From NCBI GenBank assembly GCA_963700515.1, contig CAVOXY010000056.1, positions 11,198 to 75,197 of the forward strand: a stretch of 64,000 nt of DNA, read 5' to 3'. Below the pieces are notes generated by a model that saw only the letters and a list, made by a program, of their open reading frames with translations, did not search any database and was not told the origin of the DNA. The DNA comes from an uncultured Planctomycetota bacterium (lineage in GTDB: Bacteria > Planctomycetota > Planctomycetia > Pirellulales > Pirellulaceae). Made by a program: the position numbers and the translations under genes. This document shows positions 22,601 to 32,363 of the stretch, one piece after another (within the stretch, counting starts at the first letter, position 1; every line of letters starts with the position of its first letter).

Positions 22601-23678
22601 AGCCGAAGTAGGGGGCATCGGGCGAATTCCAGGCAAATTGAGTCGTGAAAGTATTGAGCCCGAACAGCTTCAGGCCGCCGTTGCCGTCGTCGATGAACGA
22701 CGGTCCGCCCGAGTCGCCGCCGCCAAGCGTCGTCTCAATGTCGTTGCCCAACGACTCCGGTGAATTGGGAAAATCAAAATCGAACTGGAACGTCTCGCGA
22801 GCACCGCTCCCTTCGTCGTCCGTGAAGTAGTAGTCGATGACGTTCCCACCGGAACGCTTCACGGTGTACGAAGCGCCGGTCGTGTATCCACTCACGCCGG
22901 TGCCCGACCGTCCGTAGCCGACCATCGTCGCCGTGACCGGCTGGTCAAACGGCACATCATTCAATGCGTAAATCGGCACGTCAGCCGGTAACAAGCTGGC
23001 CAGTTCGATCACCGCGACGTCGTCGTTGATGCTCGGATGGCCAAAACCGGTCCAATCAGGATGCACGTATAGCTCGCTGGCCGTGAGAACATACGTGGAC
23101 GACGAGCCACTCATGTTGACGTTGAATTTCACGTTCTCCGGCGTCGCATCAATGCTGCCATCCGCGTTCTTGTCCAGACAATGAGCCGCCGTCACCACGT
23201 GAAACGGACTGATGGCTGTGGCAGTGCAGATGGAGTCACCCGACGACGTGTGAATCTTCAAGCTCCCCACACCAGCAAAAAGCGAATCCGCTGTGTTGGG
23301 ATCGACACGATCGGCAGGTGAATCGGTCGGCGTCAAGTTGGGATCGCCGGCCACAATGACCGGTTCGATCTTGTACACATCGGCCGGCGGCAATTGACGT
23401 AGCATGGAGCCAGGCAACTGCCGCGGCTGGTCCCAGGTCGCGGCTTGCTGAGTCGTCTGCTCAGTCGTGGATGACTCCACGCCGCTTGGGCTGGCAAAAC
23501 TCAAACTGGGGATTAACGGTATCGAATTGAGCGCTGAAGAACTCGAGCCCCCTCCCATAAGCAAAGATAATACGACGCGAGGTTCGAGTTGCTCCACGCG
23601 AAGTTTGCGCGCACGAAGTAGTCGACTTGACCTGCTGGAGATTTTACTGCCCCTGTCGCGACGGAATCGTCGTCTCAT
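19671..23678 (-). pseudogene. Giant secreted multidomain protease (trypsin-like S1 + bilobed retropepsin-like aspartyl domain + Calx-beta-like repeats + dockerin-like C-terminus), at least 7 frameshifts as read
   Basis: The ATG at 23678 follows GGGAGGGAGA. The N-terminus has LRVEQLEPRVVLS (LEPR-XLL-like). S1 motifs VVTAAHC and GGDSGGP lie in 22458..23714. WLLDTGANTTIAF is at ~22065 and FIYDSGAQLSVMS (hand-translated) at ~21540. There are repeated LTAV(D/N)AANP...ANW.VPQTVLV.A(I/V)DDG blocks. The C-terminus has DFNRDSQVNVTDVLIARHN. Fragments 22458..23714, 21604..22467, 21264..21680, 20956..21333, 20596..20880, 19955..20620 and 19671..20042 tile one protein. Confidence 0.75.
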
Positions 23679-24543
23679 AAGTCTCCCTCCCTGACACCTG
23701 ACGCGTTGCACCAAGGGGTAGTATATCGCGCTGTCTCGAATTGTTGAGTAGCAATATCGTGAGTTCGAGAAAACGTTTTCCGATCAAATCCCGCCGATGT
23801 ATTGTGGGGTGGCACGCCGTAAACCTCTCCTTTAGTGGAGACGACGCCACCCGACGTGAGGTCGTTACTCGCTTCGGACGGGAAGACTGTCACGCCTGTC
23901 ACGCCGTCGCATGACAACCGCCTGGCCCGGGCAGCGGGCCTGCAGATGAGTTCGCTCAGGGCAGCCAGAACAAATGCTGATTCAGCCGACGTTACAGGGT
24001 GGATTGTTCGGGCGCCAGAGGCCCGAAAACTACTCCTTCATGGTGTCGCTGAGGGCTCCATCGCAGGTGGCTGCGGGATGCCGCAGCTGCCAACGCGAGT
24101 CGTTTCGGGATCGGCTATCGACGTACCTCGCTCATCAACGACGGTCCCGCTGGTCTCTTGAGAGGAGCAGTACCGGGCCGACTAACCCGACTACAAATCT
24201 CCAGAAAGTGGCTGCGACGTCTCTCGCAGCAGCTGCGGCAGGATGCCGCAGCCACGAACATCCGCGCACCATGAGCAAATGTTGGCGACCAACACTCCAA
24301 TTCATCACTTTGGCACATCAAAGAACACAAGAAGAGGGGGATGCGAGTCCACAGACCATAGCCGGGGAACGGTGAGACGGATCGACTCGTAAAGAAAAGT
24401 CAGCAGGATTGGTCGCTGGCCGTAAGACGCGGTGTCAGGAACGGGCTCTCAACGGCGAATTAATAGTAGTCAACAGGTATATTCGCGGATGTCGTGGTAT
24501 GGAGAACCGCACCACCGGCGGCGTCCGTTGCTCGCAAAGGCGA

Positions 24544-24626
24544 CCACCAGGAGCAGAGCAGCGTTGCATGAGCTGCTGTGGCGCTGCGCTGGCTGCTACC
24601 TGGTGGAGCTTTTTGCCTTTTTTGGG
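24544..24626 (+). terminator. Candidate orphan rho-independent terminator
   Basis: CCACCAGGAGCAG (24544-24556) pairs with CTGCTACCTGGTGG (24593-24606). An inner AGCAGC/GCTGCT hairpin is present, and AGCTTTTTGCCTTTTTTGGG follows. No convincing upstream + strand gene. Confidence 0.35.
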
Positions 24627-24780
24627 TAGACCGTGAGGCGCGAATTCCGGTAGATTATGCGGACGAGTGGAATAACGCCAGGCGAACAGCTGCCAGAAGA
24701 ACTATCGTGGCCCGGCGATGTTTATATAATCGCGGGGACGTTTAATTCCAAGGACTGGACTTCAGGGATTTGGAGTCGCC

Positions 24781-25053
24781 ATGAATCTCTCTCTGTACAG
24801 CGGCAAACGCATTGCACTCGTCATGGAAGTGCAGGGACGCGAAGTGATGCTACGGGGCACGACATCGCTGCGTAACGACACCGCCAATGGCCACGTGCTG
24901 AAGGTGGCAGTCACCGAATGCCAAGAAGCGGCCATCGGCTCTCCCATTTTCCTCATTAGCGAAGCACGGTGGAAAGACCACATCGTCAGTGGTTTTGCCT
25001 TCGGCTGCGACTATCTGCTGGATCTCTCCAACAGCACCGTTGCGGCACAGTAG
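24781..25053 (+). CDS. Hypothetical protein (90 aa)
   Basis: The ORF has GGAG 7 nt upstream of the ATG. A GCGCGTC..GACGCGC hairpin follows the stop. No recognisable family. Confidence 0.4.
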   Translation: MNLSLYSGKRIALVMEVQGREVMLRGTTSLRNDTANGHVLKVAVTECQEAAIGSPIFLISEARWKDHIVSGFAFGCDYLLDLSNSTVAAQ

Positions 25054-25270
25054 GCCCATAGCACCGTACGCCAGCTACCTTGTAGGCGCGTCACCTTGAG
25101 ACGCGCGTGCACCCAGGTTCTCGTCCGCCCGCGACCTGGATTCTTCTGGCCCAGTCCGTTGCAGCGCGGGACGAATGCCAGCCGAATCGTGTGCGGCGTC
25201 CGCGAAGGACCGAAGGTTACCGCGCCATCGAACAGCGCGAGAATATCGAGCGGCGATGGGGCGGGCAACT

Positions 25271-25504
25271 CTAAAACAGCGTGTAGATGAACGGCGCGAG
25301 GGCCGTGCTGGACAGAAAGACGAATACCCCCAGAACGACCAGCGTCAGGATGATGGGTAATAGCCACCACTTCTTGTTGTAACGCAAGAAATCCCAGAAC
25401 TCGCGCAGCAGACCAGGCTGCCGGCCCTCGGCGAACCGGTCCAATTCACCGTTCTCGAGCGGCTGCGGAGTGTCGACTGGATCAGGTTGCTTGGCGCTCA
25501 TCAC
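25271..25504 (-). CDS. DUF5989-family small membrane protein
   Basis: 77 aa. LLREFWDFLRYNKKWWLLPIILTLVVLGVFVFL...APFIYTLF is the characteristic DUF5989 sequence. It lies immediately downstream of SxtJ. Confidence 0.8.
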   Translation of the reverse strand: MMSAKQPDPVDTPQPLENGELDRFAEGRQPGLLREFWDFLRYNKKWWLLPIILTLVVLGVFVFLSSTALAPFIYTLF

Positions 25505-25511
25505 ATGTCAC

Positions 25512-25931
25512 TCAGAACTGACGAAAGTACCTCGACCGGTCCGACGGCATGTCACGCGGCTCCCAATACGACTCGCGCTGGACGTCGAATTTGCGCTGCA
25601 GCGGTTCCCGTCCCAGCCATCGCATCACCAGCGCGATGGGAGTCAGCACGAGAAAGAATATCACGCCGACCACCACATGGCCAATCACCCAGCCCACGGG
25701 ATAGGCCGCATAGATCCAGCCCACGTAGGCCGGGCGCACCACCGCCGGGCGGACCAACCCCGCCACGCAAATCGCCGCCGCGATCACCGCCACGATCCAA
25801 GCAGCGGTGGGGTGAGCCAGACGCCAAGCCAGGATCACCGCCGCCACCAGCCCGACGAGCGGTAACACGACGCCGGCGAATTGACGCAACTGTCGATCGG
25901 TCGGGTTCGTGTTGATCTCAATCAAAGCCAT
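25512..25931 (-). CDS. SxtJ-family membrane protein
   Basis: Start at the ATG at 25931 (MALIEINTNPTDRQLRQFAGVVLPLVG...). The upstream part of tracked ORF 25512..26150 runs into REP repeats. C-terminal ...LVLTPIALVMRWLGREPLQRKFD is typical of SxtJ. Confidence 0.75.
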   Translation of the reverse strand: MALIEINTNPTDRQLRQFAGVVLPLVGLVAAVILAWRLAHPTAAWIVAVIAAAICVAGLVRPAVVRPAYVGWIYAAYPVGWVIGHVVVGVIFFLVLTPIALVMRWLGREPLQRKFDVQRESYWEPRDMPSDRSRYFRQF

Positions 25932-26049
25932 GGTCGCGGCAGGTTCCGGCAAGGCCAACGGTCGTGATGCAGGTTCTAGTTTAGCACACCGACGCAACCG
26001 AGATAGTGGAACCCAGTCACGATTGCCCAAACCCAGTTGCAGCCGGCTG

Positions 26050-27293
26050 GCAGCGCGCTGCCAGGCCCAGGGCTGCGCAGGCCAGGCCCAAAGGGCCGCG
26101 CTACCAGCCCAGGCCGCAGCGAAGCGCAGGCCTGGGCAACCGGCCTCCACCTGGCTCCCAGGCCCAAAGGGCCGCTAGGCCAGGCCCAAAGGGCGCTATG
26201 CCAGCCCAGGCCGCAGCGAAGCGCAGGCCTGGGCAAACCGGCCTCCACCTCGCTCCCAGGCCCAAAGGGCCGCGCTAATCGAGGTCGACCCGATACGATC
26301 GATCCGCCGAACGCATTAGCGGCGCCCCGTTGGGGCTCCGAGCATGGTGGTGGGCGTCCTACCCAGGGCGGCGGTCGGCCGCCGTTGGCGGCCTCCCTTC
26401 GCCCTGGGCTGGCATAGCGCGCCCCGTTGGGGCGGATGATGGACGCCGGATTGCAGGCCTGGGCAAACCGGCCTCCACCTGGCTCCCAGGCCCAAAGGGC
26501 CGCGCTAGGCCAGGTGCAGGCCGCAGCGAAGCGCAGGCCTGGGTAGACCGGCCACCATCTCGCCCCCAGGCCCAAAGGGCCGCGCAATCGAGGTCGACCC
26601 GATACGATCGATCCCCCGAACGCGTTAGCGCGCCCCGTTGGGGCTCCGAGCATGGTGGTGGGCGTCCTACCCAGGGCGGCGGTCGGCCGCCGTTGGCGGC
26701 CTCCCTTCGCCCTGGGCTGGCATAGCGCGCCCCGTTGGGGCGGATGATGGACGCCGGATTGCAGGCCTGGGCAAACCGGCCTCCACCTGGCTCCCAGGCC
26801 CAAAGGGCCGCGCTAGGCCAGGTGCAGGCCGCAGCGAAGCGCAGGCCTGGGTAGACCGGCCACCATCTCGCCCCCAGGCCCAACGGGCCGCGCTAATCGA
26901 GGTCGGCCCGATACGATCGATCCGCCGAACGCATTAGCGCGCCCCGTTGGGGCTCCGAGCATGGTGGTGGGCGTCCTACCCAGGGCGGCGGTCGGCCGCC
27001 GTTGGCGGCCTCCCTTCGCCCTGGGCTGGCATAGCGCGCCCCGTTGGGGCGGATGATGGACGCCGGATTGCAGGCCTGGGTATACCGGCCTCCATCTCGC
27101 TCCCAGGCCCAAAGGGCCGCGCTATGCCAGCCCAGGCCGTAGCGAAGCGCAGGCCTGGGCAAACCGGCCACCACCTCGCTCCCAGGCCCAAAGGGCCGCG
27201 CTATACCAGGTGCAGGCCGTAGCGAAGCGCAGGCCTGGGCAAACCGGCCGCCACCTCGCTCCCAGGCCCAAAGGGCCGCGCTAGGCCGGTGAG
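26050..27293. repeat. REP family-1 array (left flank of RAYT), higher-order period about 307-310 bp
   Basis: AATCGAGGTCGACCCGATACGATCGATC recurs at 26278, 26588 and 26895. Each long unit contains short palindromic sub-units (AGGCCTGGG..CCCAGGCC, GGCCCAAAGGGCC, GCCCCGTTGGGGC). All six-frame ORFs here are repeat artefacts. Confidence 0.9.
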
Positions 27294-27302
27294 AAACCGC
27301 GT

Positions 27303-27758
27303 TTAGTCCCAAACGTATCGTTCGTCCAATTCGACGCCATGTCGAGCGCAAATTGCTCGAAACTCCTCCTGAAACGTCATGCGTTTGTGATGTTCTTTCT
27401 GATTGCGAATGTATTCCCGCACCGAATCGATTTGCGACAGGCTCACTGAGAACACGCCATAACCAGCTTGCCAGTGAAAGTCCCGGTATTGTCGGCCCTT
27501 CTTCTTGATCCATTTTGACGAGTCGGTCTTGATCCTGCTAATCAATGTCTTGATGGCATAGTTGCGTGACAGAAAACACAGGATGTGTATGTGATCCTCC
27601 GTCCCGTTGATGATGACTGCCGGTGAGTCGAGCGATTTCAGGCACGTCGCCACGTATTTGTACAGTTCGTCGCAATGGCCAGTATCACGCAGGAACGGTT
27701 TTCGGTTTTTCGTACTGTAAGTGATGTGGATAGCCACCCGGGCATGGGATTGCGGCAT
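27303..27758 (-). CDS. REP-associated tyrosine transposase (RAYT; IS200/Y1 HUH family)
   Basis: 151 aa. IHITYSTKNRKPFL, HUH motif EDHIHILCF, WQAGYGVFSVS and catalytic-Tyr region YIRNQKEHHKR are typical of the Y1_Tnp/RayT family. Flanked on both sides by REP arrays. Confidence 0.8.
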   Translation of the reverse strand: MPQSHARVAIHITYSTKNRKPFLRDTGHCDELYKYVATCLKSLDSPAVIINGTEDHIHILCFLSRNYAIKTLISRIKTDSSKWIKKKGRQYRDFHWQAGYGVFSVSLSQIDSVREYIRNQKEHHKRMTFQEEFRAICARHGVELDERYVWD

Positions 27759-27890
27759 GTCGGCCTCCGGTCGTTTGGTGTGGTAGGTGAAATTCGCAAT
27801 TCACGGTTGGTTCCTCTAATGGTTCATCGCGAACGGCGCGCGAAACCCTTCACGGGTCGGCCAGAATTTCGATTTTTTTTTCAGATCGTT

Positions 27891-29022
27891 GGCGCGCCCC
27901 GTTGGAGCGGATGATGGACGCCGAATTGCAGGCCTGGGCAAACCGGCCATCCACCTGGCTCCCAGGCCCAAAGGGCCGCGCTAATCGAGGTCGGCCCGAT
28001 ACGATCCATCCGCCGAACGCATTAGCGCGGCCCCGTTGGGGCTTCGTGCGTGGTGGTGGCGTCCTACCCAGGGCGGCGGTCGGCCGCCGTTGGCGGCCTC
28101 CCTTCGCCCTGCACCTGGCATAGCGCGGCCCCGTTGGGGCGGATGTTGGACGCCGGATCGCAGGCCCGGGTATCCGGCCTCCATCTGATTCTCTGGCCCG
28201 AACGCCGCCGCGCTACACCAGGCCGCAAAGGGCCGCGCGCTATGCCAGGTGCAGGCCGCAGCGAAGCGCAGGCCTGGGCAGACCGGCCACCACCTGGCTC
28301 CCGGGCCCAAAGGGCCGCGCTAATCGAGGTCGGCCCGATACGATCCATCCGCCGAACCCGTTAGCGCAGCCCCGTTGGGGCTTCGTGCGTGGTGGTGGGC
28401 GTCCTACCCAGGGCGGCGGTCGGCCGCCGTTGGCGGCCTCCCTTCGCCCTGGGCTGGCATAGTGCGCCCCGTTGGGGCGGATGACGGTCGCCGGATCGCA
28501 GGCCCGGGTATCCGGCCTCCATCTCATTCTCTGGCCCAACGCGCCGCGCTAGGCCAGGTGCAGGCCGTAGCAAAGCGCAGGCCTGGGTAGACCGGCCTCC
28601 ATCTCGCTCCCAGGCCCAAAGGGCCGCGCTATACCAGCCCAGGCCGCAGCGAAGCGCAGGCCTGGGCAAACCGGCCTCCATCTCGCTCCCAGGCCCAACG
28701 GGCCGCGTGAATCGAGGTCGGCCCGATACGATCCATCCGCCGAACGCGTTAGCCGCGCCCCGTTGGGGCTTCGTGCGTGGTGGTGGGCGTCCTACCCAGG
28801 GCGGCGGTCGGCCGCCGTTGGCGGCCTCCCTTCGCCCTGGGCTGGCAGAGCGCGCCCCGTTGGGGCGGATGATGGACGCCGGATTGCAGGCCTGGGTAAC
28901 CGGCCTCCACCTCGCTCCCAGGCCCAAAGGGCCGCGCTAGGCCAGGTGCAGGCCGTAGCGAAGCGCAGGCCTGGGCAAACCGGCCTCCACCTCGCTCCCA
29001 GGCCCAACGGGCCGCGCTAATC
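27891..29022. repeat. REP family-1 array (right flank of RAYT), same orientation as left array
   Basis: AATCGAGGTCGGCCCGATACGATCCATCCGCCGAAC recurs at 27983, 28321 and 28708. A truncated copy at 29019 abuts the carbamoyltransferase 3' end. Confidence 0.9.
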
Positions 29023-30901
29023 GAGTTGGAAGCTCAGCCAGATATTGGTCCATCTCGTGCCGAGTTGCATCCGGCTGCTGGGACTTCAGCAGCAGATAGT
29101 GTCCCATGACCAATGCGTCCATGTTCGTGGCCAGGAAACACCGATACGCTTCCGGGGGCGCACAGACAATCGGCTCGCCGCGGATGTTGAAGCTGGTGTT
29201 GATCAGCACCGCACAACCGGTCTTGCCGCTCGAAAGGCTTCGAGCAGCCGATGGTAGAGCGGATTGCGTTGGCGATCGACGGTCTGCACGCGAGCCGAAT
29301 AGTCGACGTGGGTAACGGCCGGAATATCCGAGCGGATCTCATTGCGTAATGCCAGGGATCGCTCGGGTTCTTCCTGTCCGGTACGTACCGATTCAACTCG
29401 GTCCTGCCAGATTGAGCTGTGGGGTGTCACACACCGCTCGCCCTTCACCGGTGCGACCAGCAGCATGTAGGGACTGGACTGGTCGGGCGGCATCGCAAAA
29501 TACTCGTGCACGCTGTTCCTGCAACACGGACGGCGCAAACGGCCGAAACGACTCGCGAAACTTGATCTTCAAGTTCATCACGGCCTGCATCTGCGGGTTG
29601 CGCGCGTCACCCAGGATACTGCGGCTTCCCAGCGCCCGCGGACCGAACTCCATCCGTCCCTGCATCCAACCGACCACGTTGCCGTCCGCCAGCAGGTCGG
29701 CCACACGATCGCAGAGCTGCTGCGTCATCTCGAGTCGCTGGTGCACAGCGCCCTGCTCGCTGCAAGAACGCCAAGATCTCGTCGTCCGAAAAGGCCGGCC
29801 CCAGCCGCGAACCTTGCTGGCTGTCGAGCGTCGTCGATTTGCCGCGGTTGGTCCATCAGCTGATGCCAGATGAACAGTGCCACTCCCAACGCTCCGCCCG
29901 CGTCCCCGGCCGCCGGCTGGATCCACAACTGCTCGAACGGTCCTTCCCGCAAGATGCGACCGTTGGCCACGCAGTTGAGCGCCACGCCGCCGGCCAGGCA
30001 GAGCTTGGTCATACCCGTCGCGCGATGCACGTGCTGCGGCCATCCGCAACATGATCTCTTCGGTCACCAGCTGGATCGAGGCGGCCAGATCCATCTCGCG
30101 CTGCGTGATCGGCGACTCGGCTCTCCGCGGCGGGCCGCCAAACAACTGCTCAAACCGCCGATTGGTCATCGTCAAGCCCTGGCAGTAATTGAAGTACCGC
30201 ATGTCCATTCGAAACGAACCGTCGGACTTGATATCCAACAACCGGTCGCGAATCAGCTCGGCATACGTCGGCTCGCCATAGGGTGCCAGCCCCATCAGCT
30301 TGTACTCGCCCGAGTTCACGCGGAATCCGCAGAAGTAGGTGAAGGCGCTGTAGAGCAGCCCGAGCGAATGCGGGAAATCGAGCTGGTGGGTCAACTCGAT
30401 GCGGTTGCCGCGTCCGGTCCCCAGCGAAGCGGTCGCCCATTCCCCCACCCCATCGACGGTCAGAATCGCCGCTTCTTCAAACGGCGACGGGAAGAAAGCG
30501 CTGGCCGCATGCGACTGGTGATGGTCCGTGAACACGAACCGCTTACGATACTGGCCGTGCAGACCGCGTCGCATCTCGCGCGGCAAATGCAGCTTGGTCC
30601 GCAGCCAGAGCGGCATGGCCATCAGGAACGAACGGAAGCCGCGCGGAGCATAAGCCAGGTAGGTCTCCAACAAACGATCGAATTTCAGAAACGGCTTGTC
30701 GTAGAACCCCACCACATCCAGGTCACCGGTCTCAAGTCTCGCTTCGTGCAAGCAGTACTCGATCGCGTGCTGCGGGAAATTGAAGTCGTGCTTCTTCCGC
30801 GTAAATCGCTCTTCCTGCGCGGCGGCCACGATCCGGCCGTCGATCACCAGCGCCGCCGCCGAATCGTGATAGAACGCCGAAATGCCGAGGATTGCCGTCA
30901 C
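28937..30901 (-). pseudogene. NodU/CmcH-family carbamoyltransferase, at least 4 frameshifts as read; 3' end runs into REP repeat
   Basis: 29393..30901 starts MTAILGISAFYHDSAAALVIDGRIVAAAQEERFTRKKHD. It continues in 29725..30030 (KLCLAGGVALNCVANG...IQPAAGDAGGALG), returns to the first frame (VGWMQGRMEFGPRALGSRSILGDARNP), then continues in 29203..29538 (IPAVTHVDYSARVQTV) and 28937..29209 (LINTSFNIRGEPIVCAPPEAY). Confidence 0.85.
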
Positions 30902-31126
30902 GAGAATTCAAGATCGCCAAACGAGTGGAGCAGTTGGAGGAATCAGGACCGTTGGACCAAGTCTAGCACGACGCCCCGTGCAACGGCACTCTACCAACAC
31001 GTCGATTCCAACAATCTGTCTGCCATCGGCCCCCGGGGGCGTCCGGACCCGGGTCGGACCGCCCCGAAAAGCACGAGCCTAAAGGCCGGAGCGGTGCAGA
31101 AGAGAATCCTCATGCCTAGGGGGAAC

Positions 31127-31236
31127 GAATGCGGAATGCGGAATGCGGAATGCGGAATGCGGAATGCGGAATGCGGAATGCGGACCGGAATGCGGAATGC
31201 GGAATGCGGAATGCGGAATGCGGAATGCGGAATGCG
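31127..31236. repeat. Heptamer array (GAATGCG)n, about 15 units
   Basis: Read directly. One interruption (GACCGGAATGCG) near 31176-31185. Confidence 0.95.
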
Positions 31237-31268
31237 TATCAAGCGTTCCAGGCACCCGTTACCAACTA

Positions 31269-32127
31269 TCAAATAACCAAGTAACAAGTAACAAATAACC
31301 ATTGACCATTGAGTCGGACGGACCTAGTAGCTGATGAATCTGGAGAGGCCGGCGCAGCCGGTTTCTGGCTCCGCTGAGCCGCCATGCGGGTCGATGGAGA
31401 CGTTTCGTCCAAGGCCTCGCTCACGGTGCGAAACAGCTCGTTCGCCGCCGCGCTGGCCGGCTCGATGGCCGGTCCCATGATGACCGGTCGGGAGATCGAC
31501 TGAGCACGCGACATCGGAGGACCAGCACTCGGCGGAGACTTCGGCAGTTCCGGTTCGAGAGCTGGTACGCTGACCGGATCCGGTTCCACATTACCGGGTA
31601 CCGCAGCCGGCTGTTTCGCCGCGGGCTCGGCCGGTGTTTCGAGCGGCTGATCGCTCTTGGGCGTCTCTTCCGTCTCCGGGGTCGCTGGAGTATCGGGCAT
31701 ACGCGTCCGGCTGGACGATACGTGGAATGTCGTTCAACGGATTGGGATCGGGCACGCTTTCCAACGTCGGTTGTTCCGGCGCTGTCGCAGCTTCGTCTAT
31801 CGGCGGCGCAGCGGGCTCCGCTGGCGCGACCACCGAGGGCGCGGCAGAGGGCACGTGCACCACTTCGTTCGGGATCATCCGCAACGTCTGCTGGCAATCC
31901 CCGCCCATCGTTCGCCACACCGTCGGCTCGTAGCCGAAACAGCCTTGTTCCAACTGTTCGTAGGCCGGATGGTGAACGATCGCTTGCTCCTGACAGCCAA
32001 CCTGGCAGCCGACGGATAGCGGAACCAGCAAGCACACTGCGGCGAGCCCCAATAGCGCACTGGGCGAGCCCACGCGGGACCAAACCGGCGCAGCAGCACA
32101 TCGATCGTGTGAGAAGTTGTTATTCAC
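31269..32127 (-). pseudogene. Pro/Ala-rich putative lipoprotein downstream of Wza, one frameshift as read
   Basis: ORF 31591..32127 has signal/lipobox-like LLGLAAVCLLVPLSVGC. ORF 31269..31700 continues the P/A/E-rich sequence. The junction is near 31700. The last residues (VTCYLVI) are encoded by the heptamer array. Confidence 0.5.
31271..31313. repeat. Heptamer array (AAGTAAC/AAATAAC)n plus degenerate CATTGAC units
   Basis: AAATAACCAAGTAACAAGTAACAAATAACCATTGACCATTGAG. It overlaps the last codons of the 31269..32127 gene. Confidence 0.85.
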
Positions 32128-32363
32128 AATACCCCCCCAAAAACGTTCTCGCCTCGCGGGTCGTCTATCACGAGAACAATCTGCCGTGCCAACTCACAGT
32201 TTGGCACCGGTTGTCGTTGCGTTCCATTTCACCGCAGCCGAGTTGGCTGCGCCGGCAAGGCTCATTCGCCTGCCACTTCGTCTTCCTCACTCAGGCCCAG
32301 ACACCTGCGATACAGTCACCGTCTCCTCGGGTCGTTCGGCGACCCTGCCGGCAACTCGCCTTA

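Noticed and set aside
25976-29020. Many long six-frame ORFs (up to 275 aa, e.g. 25976..26803, 26893..27513, 28361..28927) with repetitive GLGARWRP / RPALRCGL sequences
   Set aside because: They lie entirely within the REP family-1 arrays and occur in several frames on both strands. They have low-complexity repeat-derived sequence and no start context. They are artefacts of GC-rich tandem repeats.
29870-31276. 468-aa + strand ORF (and similar long antisense ORFs: 54797..56188, 50493..51764, 60209..61414, 44782..45879, 17628..18545, 15741..16535, 8818..9429)
   Set aside because: Each lies antisense to a gene with clear family motifs (carbamoyltransferase, leuC, MacB permease, epimerase, TolC, transposase, sigma factor, CapD). 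They have Arg/Gly/Pro-rich shadow-frame composition and no recognisable domains.
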